A stretch of DNA of 64,000 bases, from contig OX597828.1 in NCBI GenBank assembly GCA_951406725.2, forward strand, positions 53,072,001-53,136,000, read 5' to 3'. The notes under the pieces were generated by a model. It was not told the DNA's origin. It saw nothing but the letters and a program-made list of their open reading frames with translations, and searched no databases. Both the position numbers and the translations under genes were made by a program. Below, piece by piece: positions 13,553 through 28,254 of the stretch (its first letter is position 1; each line of letters opens with the position of its first letter). This DNA comes from Octopus vulgaris. Its lineage: Eukaryota.

Positions 13553-14972
13553 ATGTTTCTTTATAATCTGTTTAGTAAGGAAGGGAAGCAGGACATCTGG
13601 TCGCAAATGGAAGGAATGTACCTTGAAACTATTGACCAGGTCTTTATGTTTTTGACACAGAGACCTCTTCTAAAATCACCCACAAAGTGCACCAAAATGC
13701 CAGGTGGTGGTGTTAAACTGTGTGACCGTTTTGTATGTGGGTGCGTTATCGAGCAGTTAATTCTAATACATCGTGTTCCATGCTACTGCACGGCCTCTCG
13801 GGCAAGTTTTTTTTTTTTAACCATAGCTTTGGATCGACCCAAACCTTATGACAAAAGCTAGGTTGATGGATATTACTGGTCTGGAAATATGTCGAGTGGA
13901 TTGTAACAGTAGTTAATACTGTAACCAATTTCCTTATAGATTGTGGAATATCAATCCTGCAAGAGGATTACGGGAAAGGTATATGCACCTGTGGAATATT
14001 CAACCACTTACATGTTAACGTGTGAGGAGATTCAGCTTGCCAAATAACTGAATTATCATCATTATCATCATCAGCGCAGGAAGAGCAACCACAGTAGCAG
14101 TACACAGGTGCGTTTTGGGGATAATCTCTGCAGATAGGAGCATGCTGGAGCTGCCAACCACAAGAATTGTCCGAGATACACACGAGATGACACAATGCTC
14201 CGGTATTCATTTATTTAGTGCTTGTGTATTGCTGGTGGGTGGGTTGATGTGAAGATGTGAAACAGCTGGTGTCACATGCGGTACGGTTCCCGCTGTAAAC
14301 AGGGGCAGAGGTGAGTGTTCTGTCGGGAAGAAAGCCTGCATGAATTTTTATTCAGCGGAATGAGCAGCTAGCCGCCCCTGACTGGCAACTAGTGTGAGGA
14401 AAGATGCGTAGCGCCCACGATTAAAAAGATTGTTTTTACTTCACTGGATAATCCCTTACTAACTTCTAGTACCATTTAGAGAAAAAAGGGAGTGTTTGAC
14501 TTCCAGTAAATGCTATAAAATGTAGATAAGAGTGGTTAATTTGGTATTACTAAATAAGAACATTCTACCTCCGTACCTATAGGTTGGTGGTAAGAACTAA
14601 GAAAAGGTATTGGCTTTTGGTGTGTTGGCAATCCCGGACTAAATGCGATATTCTGAATTATCCCGGATGACTGCCTTTGAACCCATCCATATTTAGGGGT
14701 TGCGTTTTTATTTAGTTTCGGTTTTACGTTATGTAAATCTCCCATTGGCTTTTATTTGCTATTTTTCTTTTTTTTTTTTTTTGTATTTCGCCTTTGTATT
14801 GTCCCTAGTGATTTGCACCGTTATGGCCAACAATAAATGAATAATTGCAGTTTTTCGTTATATTCTGAGTTCAAAGCCTCCCGAAATCAGCTTTGCCCAA
14901 AATCCTTTTAAGCACTGATGCCGATGTGATCGACAAACCAACCACCCTCTAGAATTGTTGGCTATATACAAA

Positions 14973-15015
<43 letters not shown>

Positions 15016-15210
15016 GAAGGCGGTGAGCTGACAGAATCGTTAGCACGCCGAGCAAAATGCTTAGCCTAATGTCGTCCATCTTTACGCTTTGAGACAAATT
15101 CCGCCTTTCATCCTTTCCGGGTCGATAAAATAAGTACCTGTTGAGCACTGATGTCTATGTTATTGACGAACCAACCACCCTCAAAAATTGTTGGCCTATA
15201 CTAAATTTAT
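15016..15210 (+). mobile_element. SINE family A copy (a partial second copy lies just upstream at about 14855-14980)
   Basis: gaaggcggtgagctgacagaatcgttagcacgccg...cctttcatcctttccgggtcgataaaataagtacc, flanked by (TTA)n and (CAT)n. Confidence 0.85.
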
Positions 15211-15219
15211 CATCATCAT

Positions 15220-15255
<36 letters not shown>

Positions 15256-16829
15256 TATTATTATTATTATTATTATTATCAAACCATTATGAAAGATCAA
15301 AGTGTTGCAGAAAAAGTTAAAAGCGAGCTCTAGAGAATTCCTTCACATTCAGTCAGGATCAGTACAGAATATTTTCTTTCATATTAAAGTTGAAAATAAG
15401 AATAAGGAATAAAGCGAAAAAAAAAAAGAAGCATATTTTTCTTTCATTATATCAATATCGGAAGTGAAGTGAGAAGCATGATGGACATAAAAAATGGGGC
15501 GGAACTACTTGATCGACAAAACGTTACTTAGACTACGGCTGAATTCTGAAGATACTTTTAGTCACGAATTACAAAGAATTAAATACACCATTTAATCTAA
15601 ATATATATATATATTCTATGTTGGATAGATGAGAATATACGCTAGAGGATTATAAGATAAAACAGAATTAGAAACTTATCCAATTGATAAGATTTCCCTA
15701 ATCATCTATTAAGAGGAGAAGAACGAAAAGAAAATGAATAAAAAGGATGAGAAGGAGGAAGAAGTGCAGCTATAAAAGAAAGCTATTCGCAACAGATCTA
15801 ATACACTTAAGAAAGTGATACGAACAGCAAATGTAATTTATCACTTTCAAAGATGGAGACACGGCTGTTGTAAACTTTCATGACGCAAAGGTCAAACTTG
15901 CACCAAATTTTCCCAGTAGACTGACTATGCATCTACATCAACGAGGAAGTATTTATCTGTCAAAATAGAAAACATTTTGCCTTCAGCTATAGTCGTTGAC
16001 GTGGCCGTCGTCGTCGTCGTGATCATCATCAGCCTCATCATGTCAGTGTTCATCATCGATATCTTCAGTGTCGCTGCTATCACCTTCCCCTTTATCTATG
16101 TCATTAATTGGTACTGGGATAACAGCCACAAATTTGAAACCATTACATTTAGAGAACCACCGCTCAAGTGATTGAAATAAGACTCTGCGAATTCTTGTCA
16201 CATACAAACAATATTTCTATTCTTATCAACAAGATACGCATATAAAACCGAGAAGAGAACTCAAATATCTCACTTAACAGGTTGCCAAGAAACCAACCGA
16301 AATACCTGTTACAGTACGAGGTCAAAATCCCCAGTGGCTACCCCAGTCTCAGGCAAGCTGCAGGGCGCTAGATGATAAGCAATGTTTCATGCGGCCCCAT
16401 TTCTCAAAAACCTTTTCCCATACCAAGTCCAGCTAGTTGCTATTTTTTAACTACAAAAAGTCAGCCATTCTCGAGCCGAAGCATGACCAATGTTGTTGCA
16501 GCTCTGACCATTTCTAATACTTGTAGCAGTGCTAGTATGCGTCATCTTTTCTAAAACATGATTGTCCAGTGACCCTCGGGGTTTTTTGATTTCGTGGTAC
16601 GCTAGATTTAAAACAAAAATTACTGCGGTACTTCATATAGAAATTTTAAAAGCTGTTTTAAAATTTGAAACTATTTTATAACAGATTTAAAATAAACTTT
16701 ACGGAGATGTACTTGCATAGCGAGTGACTTGATCTGAGATCGTGTGCTGGAACGAAAACAATTGCAGTGTTGAAGGTGTTTATAAGCCATTTAAGAAACA
16801 CTTAGATTCACTTCAACATTTAAATTTAA

Positions 16830-16880
16830 TTTGTCAAAATATTTTCGTCGCTTTTAGACCGCGACCTGTTCACTGACAAA
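16830..16880 (-). ncRNA. Identical hammerhead-like motif on the opposite strand
   Basis: Exact reverse complement of 16909-16959. Confidence 0.6.
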
Positions 16881-16908
16881 ACTTGCATCGTAAGATGCAG
16901 CACGCAGT

Positions 16909-16959
16909 TTTGTCAGTGAACAGGTCGCGGTCTAAAAGCGACGAAAATATTTTGACAAA
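16909..16959 (+). ncRNA. Minimal type I hammerhead ribozyme-like motif with a G3-C8 swapped core
   Basis: Stem I UUUGUCA/UGACAAA, core GUGAACA, bulged G, stem II GUCGC/GCGAC, GAA, palindromic stem III AAUAUU, H17=U. Confidence 0.6.
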
Positions 16960-17689
16960 TTAAATCTAAATGTGAATCTAGCGGTTTTTGTGTGTTTCTT
17001 AAATGGCTTATAAACACCTTCCACGCTGCAATTATTAAAATAAACTATTGCATAGTTTGTATTAATCATATTATTGTACAACAAAATTCTGAGTATTGAG
17101 TTTTCTTCAACATGCTGAAGAACTTGTATGGATTTTTTAAAGGCTTAAATTATACTTTTTAAAACCCAGAATGCCCCCTGAAAATCTTTTAAGACGCACT
17201 AATAATGAACCTTCGCGGTAGAGGGTAATTTTAGAGAGATTTGATTGCTATTTCTAGCGAGTCGAGGAACCATGGAGAGGCACTCTCTTTGCTTCCGGTG
17301 ATGTTAGTAGAGGCACAGTAGGGTGACATATTACCAGCTGTAAACAACAACACCACGATTAGCTGATTTAAGGTCTCATGAACATTTCATAAGCGCCGGT
17401 GAACACGCGCGTGCGCACAGATACACGCATACTGATAAATAGGTGGGTAAACAAATGGTGTAAATAGAAAGACGAGGGTGAAAGAAACGGGTGAAAGTAA
17501 CAAGAAGAATGAGGTAGACAGGTGTTTAGAACCATTCATGGTGAGTATCAATGCGAGTGTGAGAGGGAAGAGACAAATGATAGCATGTGTGCAGACACAT
17601 CAAGTGTATAATTATATTCTTTTATTCTTTTACTTGTTTCAGTCATTTGACTGTGACCATGCTGGAGCACCGCCTTCATATATATATAG

Positions 17690-17850
17690 GGAGAATTCAC
17701 GAAAAAAAAAAACAAAACAAAGACGAAGACAGGTGGTGTAGACAGCAAATAGATGTATTAGTTTAAAGCTCGGGAAGTGAAAGTCTTTAACATTTTGAGC
17801 CTATGCTCTTCCACAGAAAGGAACAGAAAGAAACAAGGAGAGAAAATAAA
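17690..17850 (-). mobile_element. Family D repeat with a decayed hammerhead-like motif
   Basis: The minus strand reads cttt-ctgtgga-a-gagc-atag-gctc-aaaatgtt-aaagac; aaaatgtt is the CpG-decayed form of gaaacgtt. Confidence 0.65.
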
Positions 17851-18323
17851 GAATGTGTAGTGGCTAGCAATCTATTTCATATATATATATGCGCGCGCTC
17901 ATACCTATCTCTATTTGTGAGAAAAGTTAGAAGCCTGATGTGTACATATATATATATGGATGTGTGTGTGTGTACAATTATGTGCGGTGTGTGTAGCGGA
18001 TAAATTATTTACGCAATTATGTGTGCGTATATATAAGTATGTACGCGCGTGTATGTATGTGCGTGTGTGTGGGTGTGTGTACAATTACCTGTGCATGTCA
18101 GTGTGAATGAGTTTCTGTGTTTGACAGTTTGTGGCAGAGTTATGAAAGCTTCTGGTTTATGGCTTTATAATAAAGTTTATTTTCATTGAATCTCGAACAT
18201 GAATAAGCGATAGCTATGTAATAAACCTCATTCCAGTTGACCACACCCATCATCTACCTGCCTATACTTATTCTTTGACTGTGTGTATACGTGGGTGTGT
18301 ATGGAACAGTGCAAACATATGTA

Positions 18324-18378
<55 letters not shown>

Positions 18379-18468
18379 TGTTGTTTATACATGTGTATAT
18401 GTTTATATTGTATGTGTATAATTAGACAAATTAGTAGAGATATACGTATGGAAATTATGTATGCATGC

Positions 18469-18500
<32 letters not shown>

Positions 18501-18507
18501 AGTATAG

Positions 18508-18548
<41 letters not shown>

Positions 18549-18598
18549 TGTAAGTATAAATATATATATATTTATATGTAACTATAAATACATATTTA

Positions 18599-18636
<38 letters not shown>

Positions 18637-18662
18637 AATGAATATATATATGTAAATATATG

Positions 18663-18718
<56 letters not shown>

Positions 18719-20046
18719 TGTGTATACATTTATTTGTCCATTTGTACATGTTTGCATATATATACACACTTAGGTTTATGTTTGTATGTACACACACATA
18801 TATATGTGTGTGAGAGAGGGGAAGGGCGGGAGTGACATGTATGGAATGTATGTAGAAATCTAATAAAACGCTTTTCGACAAATATTTACCTATTTATCCA
18901 AGAAAGTAACTCAACTTTAGGCAAACGTTTCGATTTATTTATGAAAAGGACAGAAGCATTTCATTCCGGAGAGCTTTCTGATTTTTCTGATTAATTTTTC
19001 TCTCTTAAAACATTAGCAACTTAATAAACAACACTCTTTATAACTCAGTAATAACAGCAGATTGCCAGTGTAAAGACTGCAGATGGTGGAGCTGGTCGGG
19101 TTGATGGTGGTTGGATATACATTAACGGATTCTCTGCTGTGAAAAGAGACAAAGACATAACACGCTACCGATGCTTATTATACATAATATTATAGATGAA
19201 GCCATCACTGTCATTTAACCATTCATCGCGTCTAAACGTCAGAAATGGAGATGAGCCGGCGGCGGATCCCCTTCTTTGCGCTCGCTTCGCTTCTTCTGAC
19301 AGAAAGAGTATTTGAATCCCCTTCAGGCTACAAAATACAGGAAACGTTTGATAATCTGGTCAGGGGTTCATAGCATATAGAAAAATAAACAAACAAAAAA
19401 AGAATAACAGGATGTTCATGGATGGAATGTCTATAATCATTGCACTTTCTCGTTGGTGTTGACCTAGTGCTAAACGACACTATTATCTGTCTGTTTGTCG
19501 GACTGTCTATTTGTCAACTTGGTATTCCGGTTCTGACCACACAATCTTCTTTACGCTATGTTCTACATTCAGTACTTTATCCTTTGAATTTTTCTGTTTC
19601 ATTTTCTTCTAATTTTTTTCCTTATTTGTTGTTTTTGAAGATGTACTTGCGTCCGAAACGTAAAATATGTATTTTTTAGTCATATCTTGCTTTACATGTT
19701 GTAATGCTTAATTTTTCCTGCATAAATTATCTAATTATGCCCTAATATGTAAATGATTAAGGGGAAATTTTAGCTGGTATTTGTAATGTAATGTCTCCTT
19801 CATAGGTTCATTAAATTCAAGGCAAATGTGGGATTACGATGTACCAATCTGAGACACTCGAAGAGGCGTATTCTTGTATTCCAATCTGTTTTTGTGTCAT
19901 TTAACATTTCTGAATGACCACAGTTATGGCTTCTGTAGATACAAGCGTTGAGTTCAGTTTCTATGTCGCTCTTTAGATTGCAGCATCTATGATAAGTAAC
20001 AAAAATCGTCTTAACCACACGGAACGGAATAACTTACCACACTGCA

Positions 20047-20153
<107 letters not shown>

Positions 20154-20422
20154 TCACGCACCCTCTCTCTCCCTCTCTCCAACAACTCGTTCACTCGCTC
20201 AACTATGGTATCATAAGCCCGGTTAACAAGAGATACAAGGTTCAATATTTGTGAGTGGTTTTGATGCTCGTTTAAGGTCTGGAATTTATAACATCTGCAA
20301 ATTGATTTATGTTACGAAACAATTAGACGCGTATTTTACATTCATGTAAAACTCGGAGTAGTCGCTTTCCATACTGAATAGTGGAAAATTGCCCCCTCTC
20401 TTTTTCTTTCTTTCTCTCCCTG

Positions 20423-20459
<37 letters not shown>

Positions 20460-20460
<1 letters not shown>

Positions 20461-20771
20461 GAGGCGCAATGGCCCAGTGGTTAGGGCAGCGGACTCGTGG
20501 TCGTAGGATCTCGGTTTCGATTCCCGGACCGGGCGTTGTGAGTGTTTAAGGAGTGAAAAACACCTAAGGCTCCTCGAGGCTCCCCGAGGCTCCCGCAGGG
20601 GGTGGTGGCGATCCCTGCTGCACTCTTTCGCCACAACTTTCTCTTATCCTTTCTTCTGTTGGCCTGCTCGCTTAGCCAGCTGGGTGGCGTCATCTGAAGG
20701 CTAAAACAATGCGAAGCGCATTGTGACCAGCGATGTGTAACGATATCTGATAGCCTGGTCGATCACGGTGA
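20460..20771 (+). mobile_element. tRNA-derived SINE family C, apparently full length
   Basis: ggaggcgcaatggcccagtggttagggcagcggactcg (A box) ... ggtttcgattccc (B box), then a unique body. Inserted in (TG)n/(TA)n. A second copy starts at 34777. Confidence 0.8.
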
Positions 20772-21289
20772 TATATATATATACATATATATTTATATAT
20801 ATAATCGGAAAGGTGCGACAGAGGGTGCGATGCGTTACTAAATGGTATGAGCCCAGTAGACGAGTTCCACGCTTCATTCCTACAACCGACGATGTTAGAC
20901 TATTATCATAAAGTTAGATAGGATCGTGTGCTTGGTCAATACGTTGTCTTTTGCTGGTAATGCTGAAGATGAGGAGGGGAGGAGGAGCGGTACCTTTGCT
21001 GCGCAAGTGGGTATCCAGCTCACGCACTTGAGGTTTTGCCGATCACCTGAAACACGTGTACGTTATATATAAAGTATAAAAATACCGATTATGTTTACTG
21101 TGTTTCACACACACACACACACGCGCGCACACACATACACACACACACAGAGCCACACACACACACACACACTTAATGATTTGCTAATTAGAACAAACTC
21201 AATACCATGTTAGTTCGACCATGGTAGAATATATAAAATATACATAACTGAACCTTTTGCGAATCACTCTAAGAATCGTCCAAGCGCGT

Positions 21290-21363
<74 letters not shown>

Positions 21364-21383
21364 TACACACAGACATACATATA

Positions 21384-21600
21384 CAAGGGGTTGCCGTAAA
21401 GTTCCTGGTTTTGCATAAAAGAAAATACAGGAGGATCAGTTAATTATGATTTTAACGAACCTATTCCCCTCTCAGATTCACACACTTATTGCAGCGGTGC
21501 TTCAGTTTTGCCAAGTCCTACAAAGAAACTCGGAAGTTTGGTCCTCCATCTAGGCATTTCGCAATACCCTTAAAGCCAGGAACTTTTCTGTACCCCTTCG
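21384..21600. mobile_element. Tc1/mariner-type MITE
   Basis: TA then caaggggttgccgtaaagttcctggtttt at the left end; aaagccaggaacttttctgtaccccttcg at the right end (imperfect TIR of about 29 bp). An inverted copy lies at 54567-54762. Confidence 0.75.
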
Positions 21601-21945
21601 TCTATGCATGCTTCTTACCTTGGTTTGTCTATAGAAAGAACATTACGTATTCCATGGGAAAGGCATCAGCTCCTCCCCTTCCCCACAGTCTCAACAGAGT
21701 TGATCCCTGACGTTTTCAAGATATCTGATCACGAAAAGGTCATGGAACTATCTCTAATGCGTAGGATAAATAAATATTTGAACACACACACGCATACACA
21801 CGCACACACACACACACACACACGCACACACACAACTATATGTAGTGGTATCAGGTTTCGTTCTTGCTAAGCTAGTCGCCCATATCGTTTTTTTTTCTAC
21901 CTGGACGCCTTCCTACAGCTCCTATTCTTCCCTCTTCTAACGTAT

Positions 21946-22000
<55 letters not shown>

Positions 22001-22443
22001 CCTACAAGGATCTCTCACTCCATCTCACTCCACTCCATCCTGCCTGCGGTATCGCCCCATGGGTGTCAATTTACACTTCAAATCTATACCATCACCCTCT
22101 CCCTTACCCTCCAAATCCACTGCAATATGTACGCATACATACTTCAATACATACATACATACATACATACATACATACATACATACATACATACATACAT
22201 ACATACATACGTATATACTTGTGGGCATTATTAACACACATATATACAAACATATATACACAACACAATACATGCTTGATATATGTAAATACATGTGTGC
22301 ATGTATATGTACATATGTATGCATATGTTTACATGTATATGAATACACATGTGCATACGTTTGTGTGTATTTAGATATATATATTACAAGGTATATATAA
22401 GTCTCTCTGTCTCTTCCTCTACATATGTATGTATGTATGCATG

Positions 22444-22484
<41 letters not shown>

Positions 22485-23519
22485 ATATAAATGGAGAGGA
22501 AGATATACATTCGTATACATATATACAAACATGCATATATATATATATATTCACATGCATGTATATTTACATACATATATATACAAGCATATACATTATA
22601 TATATACATACATACATGCATATATATTTACATATATACAAACACACACATTATATATATATATATACACACACACACATATATATATATGTGTGTGTAT
22701 ATATATGCACACATACATGTGCACACACATAGACGCGACCTCCCAGACCAAGACACACCCAACAAACACAGACTCACCCACATGTACGGTGATAATTGCC
22801 ATTCTCTAAACATGTCTACATCTCTAATACTATTTAATTTATGACATCAATAAACAGAAATATGGCTGACATTATACTAAACGAACATTATTATTGTTGT
22901 TAACACCATCAACATTATGACACCGAGGAACACCACCACCACCACCACTACTATCACCACTACCGCCTTCACTATCATTAGTACTATATCATTCCGTTGC
23001 CGCTCACCACAACCGTCACCTCTAACACCGCTCTTCTGTTGTACAAACACCGTCAAGATCATTCCCGCGCCGTTACATTTACCATTACCGTTACACCACC
23101 ACCGCCTCTACCACTACCGGCACCACCACCACCGCCGCCGCCGATACTAATTCATTGCCAAGAGCACCTATACCAACGCTATCCTTCCAGCGTAACTACC
23201 TCTTTCTCTACTACTATGATCAAAACCTCTTCGCTACTTACCACTATTGCCAACACCAACACTAACACAGCCACCACTGTAAAACACATGGAATTTTCTC
23301 TACGTGGTTACTTGACCGGCAAGAAATAACAGCCAACTCTCTTTGAAATCATATCCTACTGTCTTCATACAGGGAAGAACATTTGCTCAGTATAGGTTAG
23401 TGTGGGCGGAGATCGATGTTGTCTCACCTAAAAAGTAGGATGCTCATGACTAAACGGCTTTCTTGAGGGTTCAAAAAGGCTGATTTAAGCAACAACACAT
23501 ATGTCATACATTGTGGCTT

Positions 23520-24146
<627 letters not shown>

Positions 24147-24536
24147 AATCTGTCTGTTTAAATTACATACAGAAAAATTAAATAATGTTATTTCTTCAAA
24201 GTAAGTTAACGAATAATAACGAAACCTTTACTGATAGGGTGGTTCAACACTTACAGACAGAAGAAATTTATTCTGAAGATCAAGAAAACTGGGCCTTCAA
24301 GTTTCGTCTATCATTTTCTTAACTCGTCTAACTGGTTGAACCAGCCTAGAGGCATCACATAATGTTGCATGCAAAATTATACTTGTACACGCCGCTTTCA
24401 TCAACAGGATGCTGGTTGAGAGTAGCAAAATAAATATATTCGTTTCAAAGATGATGATTGGCAAATAGTCAGGGAGACAGATGAAAATATTTCTTACTAG
24501 AAAGACACATCGTTATCTTGGAACCAACATATCTGT

Positions 24537-24613
<77 letters not shown>

Positions 24614-24764
24614 GTAGGAATTTAAAGCAAGTGTTACATCAATGTTCATTTTCAGTGTATGTATTAACGGCTTAACATTATGCATTTATATTTCTACTTG
24701 AAATTACACCACAACACGCTTCTCAAATCTGCAATCTGTACATGTATGTATGTATGTATGTATG

Positions 24765-24813
<49 letters not shown>

Positions 24814-25103
24814 TTTGTTGGGTAACTATCCGGAGAAGTATTCAGTTCGAATGTAGAGCGCAATGGTCTATTTAAGCCGGTTGAGTTGTCTGTTTATCTA
24901 AAGAGTCTGCCATTTATGTAGTGTGACATATTTTTCCACCCTGTCCCACTTGTGTGAAGTCACTATGGAAACTCCAGTGTAGTAGGTCACTGGACCATTT
25001 AAATAAACCACATACACACACACTCACACACACACATTTGTGTTTCGAATTTTTTATATATTTTGGTATATTTCAATTTTTTTTCTTTTTCTCTCTTTTT
25101 CAG

Positions 25104-25444
25104 GTTATTTGGTACAAAATGTGCCAAATGTGGTCTTGGGTTTAGTCGAAACGATTTTGTAATGCGTGCCAAAAGTAAAATCTACCATATTGACTGTTTT
25201 CGGTGCGTTGCATGCAGCCGTCAGCTGATTCCAGGAGATGAGTTTGCACTGAGGGAAGACGGACTTTTCTGCAAGTCGGATCACGATGTTGTCGAGAGAG
25301 CATCTTCCGTGAACCAAAACGGAAATTCAGGTGGTGTAACAGATGCCAATGGCAACACAACTACAAGCAACAATAACTTGCATTCCAATGGGAGTTCTAA
25401 CAGTAGCGGAGAAGGACGAATGGGTCAGGGACTACAGATGGCTG
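25104..25444 (+). CDS. Isl1: Islet LIM-homeodomain gene, exon encoding the second LIM domain and linker (equivalent to vertebrate ISL1 exon 3)
   Basis: Polypyrimidine tract ttttctttttctctctttttcag with acceptor AG at 25102-25103. Reads (R)[67 protein letters not shown]...LQMA, the Islet LIM2 zinc-finger signature. Donor gtaaga at 25445 (phase 1). Confidence 0.96.
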
Positions 25445-25607
25445 GTAAGAATAAAGTTGAAATCTATGAATCATTGCCATTGATTATTTTATGAAAGATT
25501 AAAAGAAAATAGAAGATTGTTGGTTGAAAAGAAATCAAATTGAACAAAAAGTTATCAAAAAAACAAAAACAACACAATAGATTATTGCACTTCTTCTTCT
25601 TCTTCTG

Positions 25608-25661
<54 letters not shown>

Positions 25662-25664
25662 TGC

Positions 25665-25855
25665 AGTCGGGCGAAATACTTATCGCCATTTCGTCTGTCT
25701 TTAACGTTCTGAGTTCGAATTCCGCCGAGGTCGACTTTGCCTTCCATCCTTTCAGGGTCGATAAATTAAGAGCCAGTCAAGCACTGGGGTCGGTGTAATC
25801 CACTATCCCCGTCCCCCTCAAATTTCAGGCCATGTGCCTATAGTAGAAAGGATTA
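25665..25855 (+). mobile_element. SINE family A copy, 5'-truncated, between (TTA)n tracts
   Basis: gttctgagttcgaattccgccgaggtcgactttgccttccatcctttcagggtcgataaattaag...gtgcctatagtagaaaggattatt. Confidence 0.85.
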
Positions 25856-25861
25856 TTATTA

Positions 25862-25902
<41 letters not shown>

Positions 25903-27515
25903 AGGGCAGTATGGATTAGCAGAATCAATAGAGCATCGGACAAAATAACTTCCGGGTTTTTGTTGCGTTATTTTCAATCCTAATTTCGGCTCCAGCCTAG
26001 CTCTGCTCTGATTCACATGCATCAGTCGCTGTTAAACTGATTCCCAATCCATACAGGAATCGGTAATGCGTTCAATTAGCGGGGTCATTCACCAGTAAAT
26101 GAAGGAGTCTTTAGGCCACTAACATAAGATTCGGTTCATTCAAGGGTCGATAAAATAATCATTATTTCATGTAAGGGTCACAAATACAATTACCAGTTTA
26201 AGTAGAGATCATTAATATAAGCAGGGGCCGCATACGAGTTCAAGTACTAGGAAATTAGAGTCTCACAGATTTCAAGTACAAGGAGTCCATTTAATCGAGT
26301 GATTATTCCCCACCGTCATCACAATTAATGGGTATTGTGTACAGGTTAGAAAATCTATATTATTACTAATATATCTTATTGATCTTGTTTAACTCCAGAT
26401 CAACCCATTAACAAGTAGATAGTTGAAGCTGTCACTCCAGTAGAAGACGCTTGAAGTTACAATTCCGTCCCACTTTAGAGAATGGGTTCAACTCAATTTT
26501 CCTTGAGACTTGAAAATTCTTGGCAGAACCTGGGTCACGACAACTTTGCTTTGAACAAGTATGGTAAAAGCGATTTTCGGTCCATTCGGAATATAGTTCC
26601 AAGATAAAATTAAATAACAAAAACAAAACTGCTTTATTAAATCCATGACCTATGGTGAAAATCTTCCACCGTGACCATCCCGACAGATTGTCAAACATGG
26701 TACATTTGGAACTAAATTATTCGATACACAATTATTTTTAAGGCAATAAGGGTGTCATATGAAAGAAATCCGTATGCTATTTTTAGCAGGATGAGTAACC
26801 ATATAGATGCCGTTTTGGTGGTTCAGGTCGGAAATATTAGTCAAGGGCGTGCCCCAGCATGGCCGCAGTCGGTTAGTGACTGAAGTTAGTAAAACACTAA
26901 GCGAATATAAAATAAGCGTGCATGCGAACCACTTTGTATACGTGTATGTGTGTGTGTGGTGTGTGAATGTAGAGTTTATTAGATTAATACCAACTATTTC
27001 ATACGTCCCAAAATAACACTAAAAATGTCTAACCATATACATTTATTACATAATGACGAAATAACCATAATTGTTTCTAAAACATGAGAACAATGCCAGA
27101 AATGTCAACATTGAATGGGTGAGCTGTTTAAGTCGACCCCAGTACATTACTGGTACGTTATGTTATAGACTCCTGGAGGATAAAAGTAAATAGACAACGG
27201 TGGTGGTTTTAAATCGAGACGTAAAGGATCGAAACCAATTCTGCAATTGATTTGTCTGATGTTTTAACGATTTTCATCCAATCCATTGTCCTAGTTACAG
27301 TTTTCATTGGTATTTAAAAGCAATCACTTTTTATTCTGAAAACACACACACACACACACATACACACAGCCTCACAAGCGTAGGCAAGCATTCGTGTGTG
27401 CGCGCGCGAGTGTATACACAGAGACGTGTGCATGTATTTGTGTATGTGATTATGAACCTGTGAATATATATATATGTGTGTGTGTACAGCAAATATATAT
27501 ATATATATATATACA

Positions 27516-27579
<64 letters not shown>

Positions 27580-27632
27580 CATATATATACACATACATAT
27601 ATACATATACATACATGTATATATATACATAC

Positions 27633-27680
<48 letters not shown>

Positions 27681-27709
27681 TAATAATTAAATACATAATT
27701 ATAACAAGA

Positions 27710-27803
27710 GATTGGCTATAAGACTCTCCACGCGCTAGAAATAGGCGCCAAAAGACGCCAGTACCAACTTAAAACTCCGAAAAATAAAACTGAAGATAGC
27801 AGT

Positions 27804-27850
<47 letters not shown>

Positions 27851-28010
27851 AAGCTTGAAACGGAATCATGTACATATTTAACCAAAAGTTTAAATCATTA
27901 TCTTTCTTTTGCTCGACTACAGCCCGAGTTCTATTTTTCGTAGGTTTTAAGGTGGTATTAGCGTCTTTTGGCGTCTATTTCTAGCGTGTGTAGAGGCTTA
28001 TAGCCAATCC
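27710..28010. repeat. Inverted repeat (arms of about 80 bp) / MITE-like element with an internal (TA)n
   Basis: gattggctataagactctccacgcgctagaaataggcgccaaaagacgcc... matches the reverse complement of ...gcgtcttttggcgtctatttctagcgtgtgtagaggcttatagccaatc. Confidence 0.8.
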
Positions 28011-28118
28011 AAATTCATCTATAAGGTTTTTATTTCCGCGTTGACCCCTTGGTAAAATCATTAGTGATTTTTATCCTTTTATATTTATATACATATATAC
28101 ATATATATACATGTATTT

Positions 28119-28161
<43 letters not shown>

Positions 28162-28254
28162 AATATATTTACATATACATATATATCTCGCGTCTCATGT
28201 TTGATCTTTGACCTCTGGCCGAAATCAGATCGCCATGTTGATTCGTTAGTTACT

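Larger units (their letters stand above)
16700..17033. mobile_element. Fold-back element, probably an inverted pair of Penelope-like pLTR fragments
   Basis: Inverted arms at 16760-16883 and 16906-17033; the inner 60 bp (16824-16883 / 16906-16965) are perfectly complementary. Each arm contains a minimal hammerhead-like fold. Confidence 0.7.

Noticed and set aside
14345-14420. Minus-strand HDV-ribozyme-like elements (ttcctcac loop, gcgg/ccgc stem)
   Set aside because: P1 and P3 partners could not be found.
20460-20535. tRNA-like sequence with A and B boxes
   Set aside because: It has no clean cloverleaf or terminator and continues into a body shared with 35441-35545, so it is a SINE head and not a tRNA gene.
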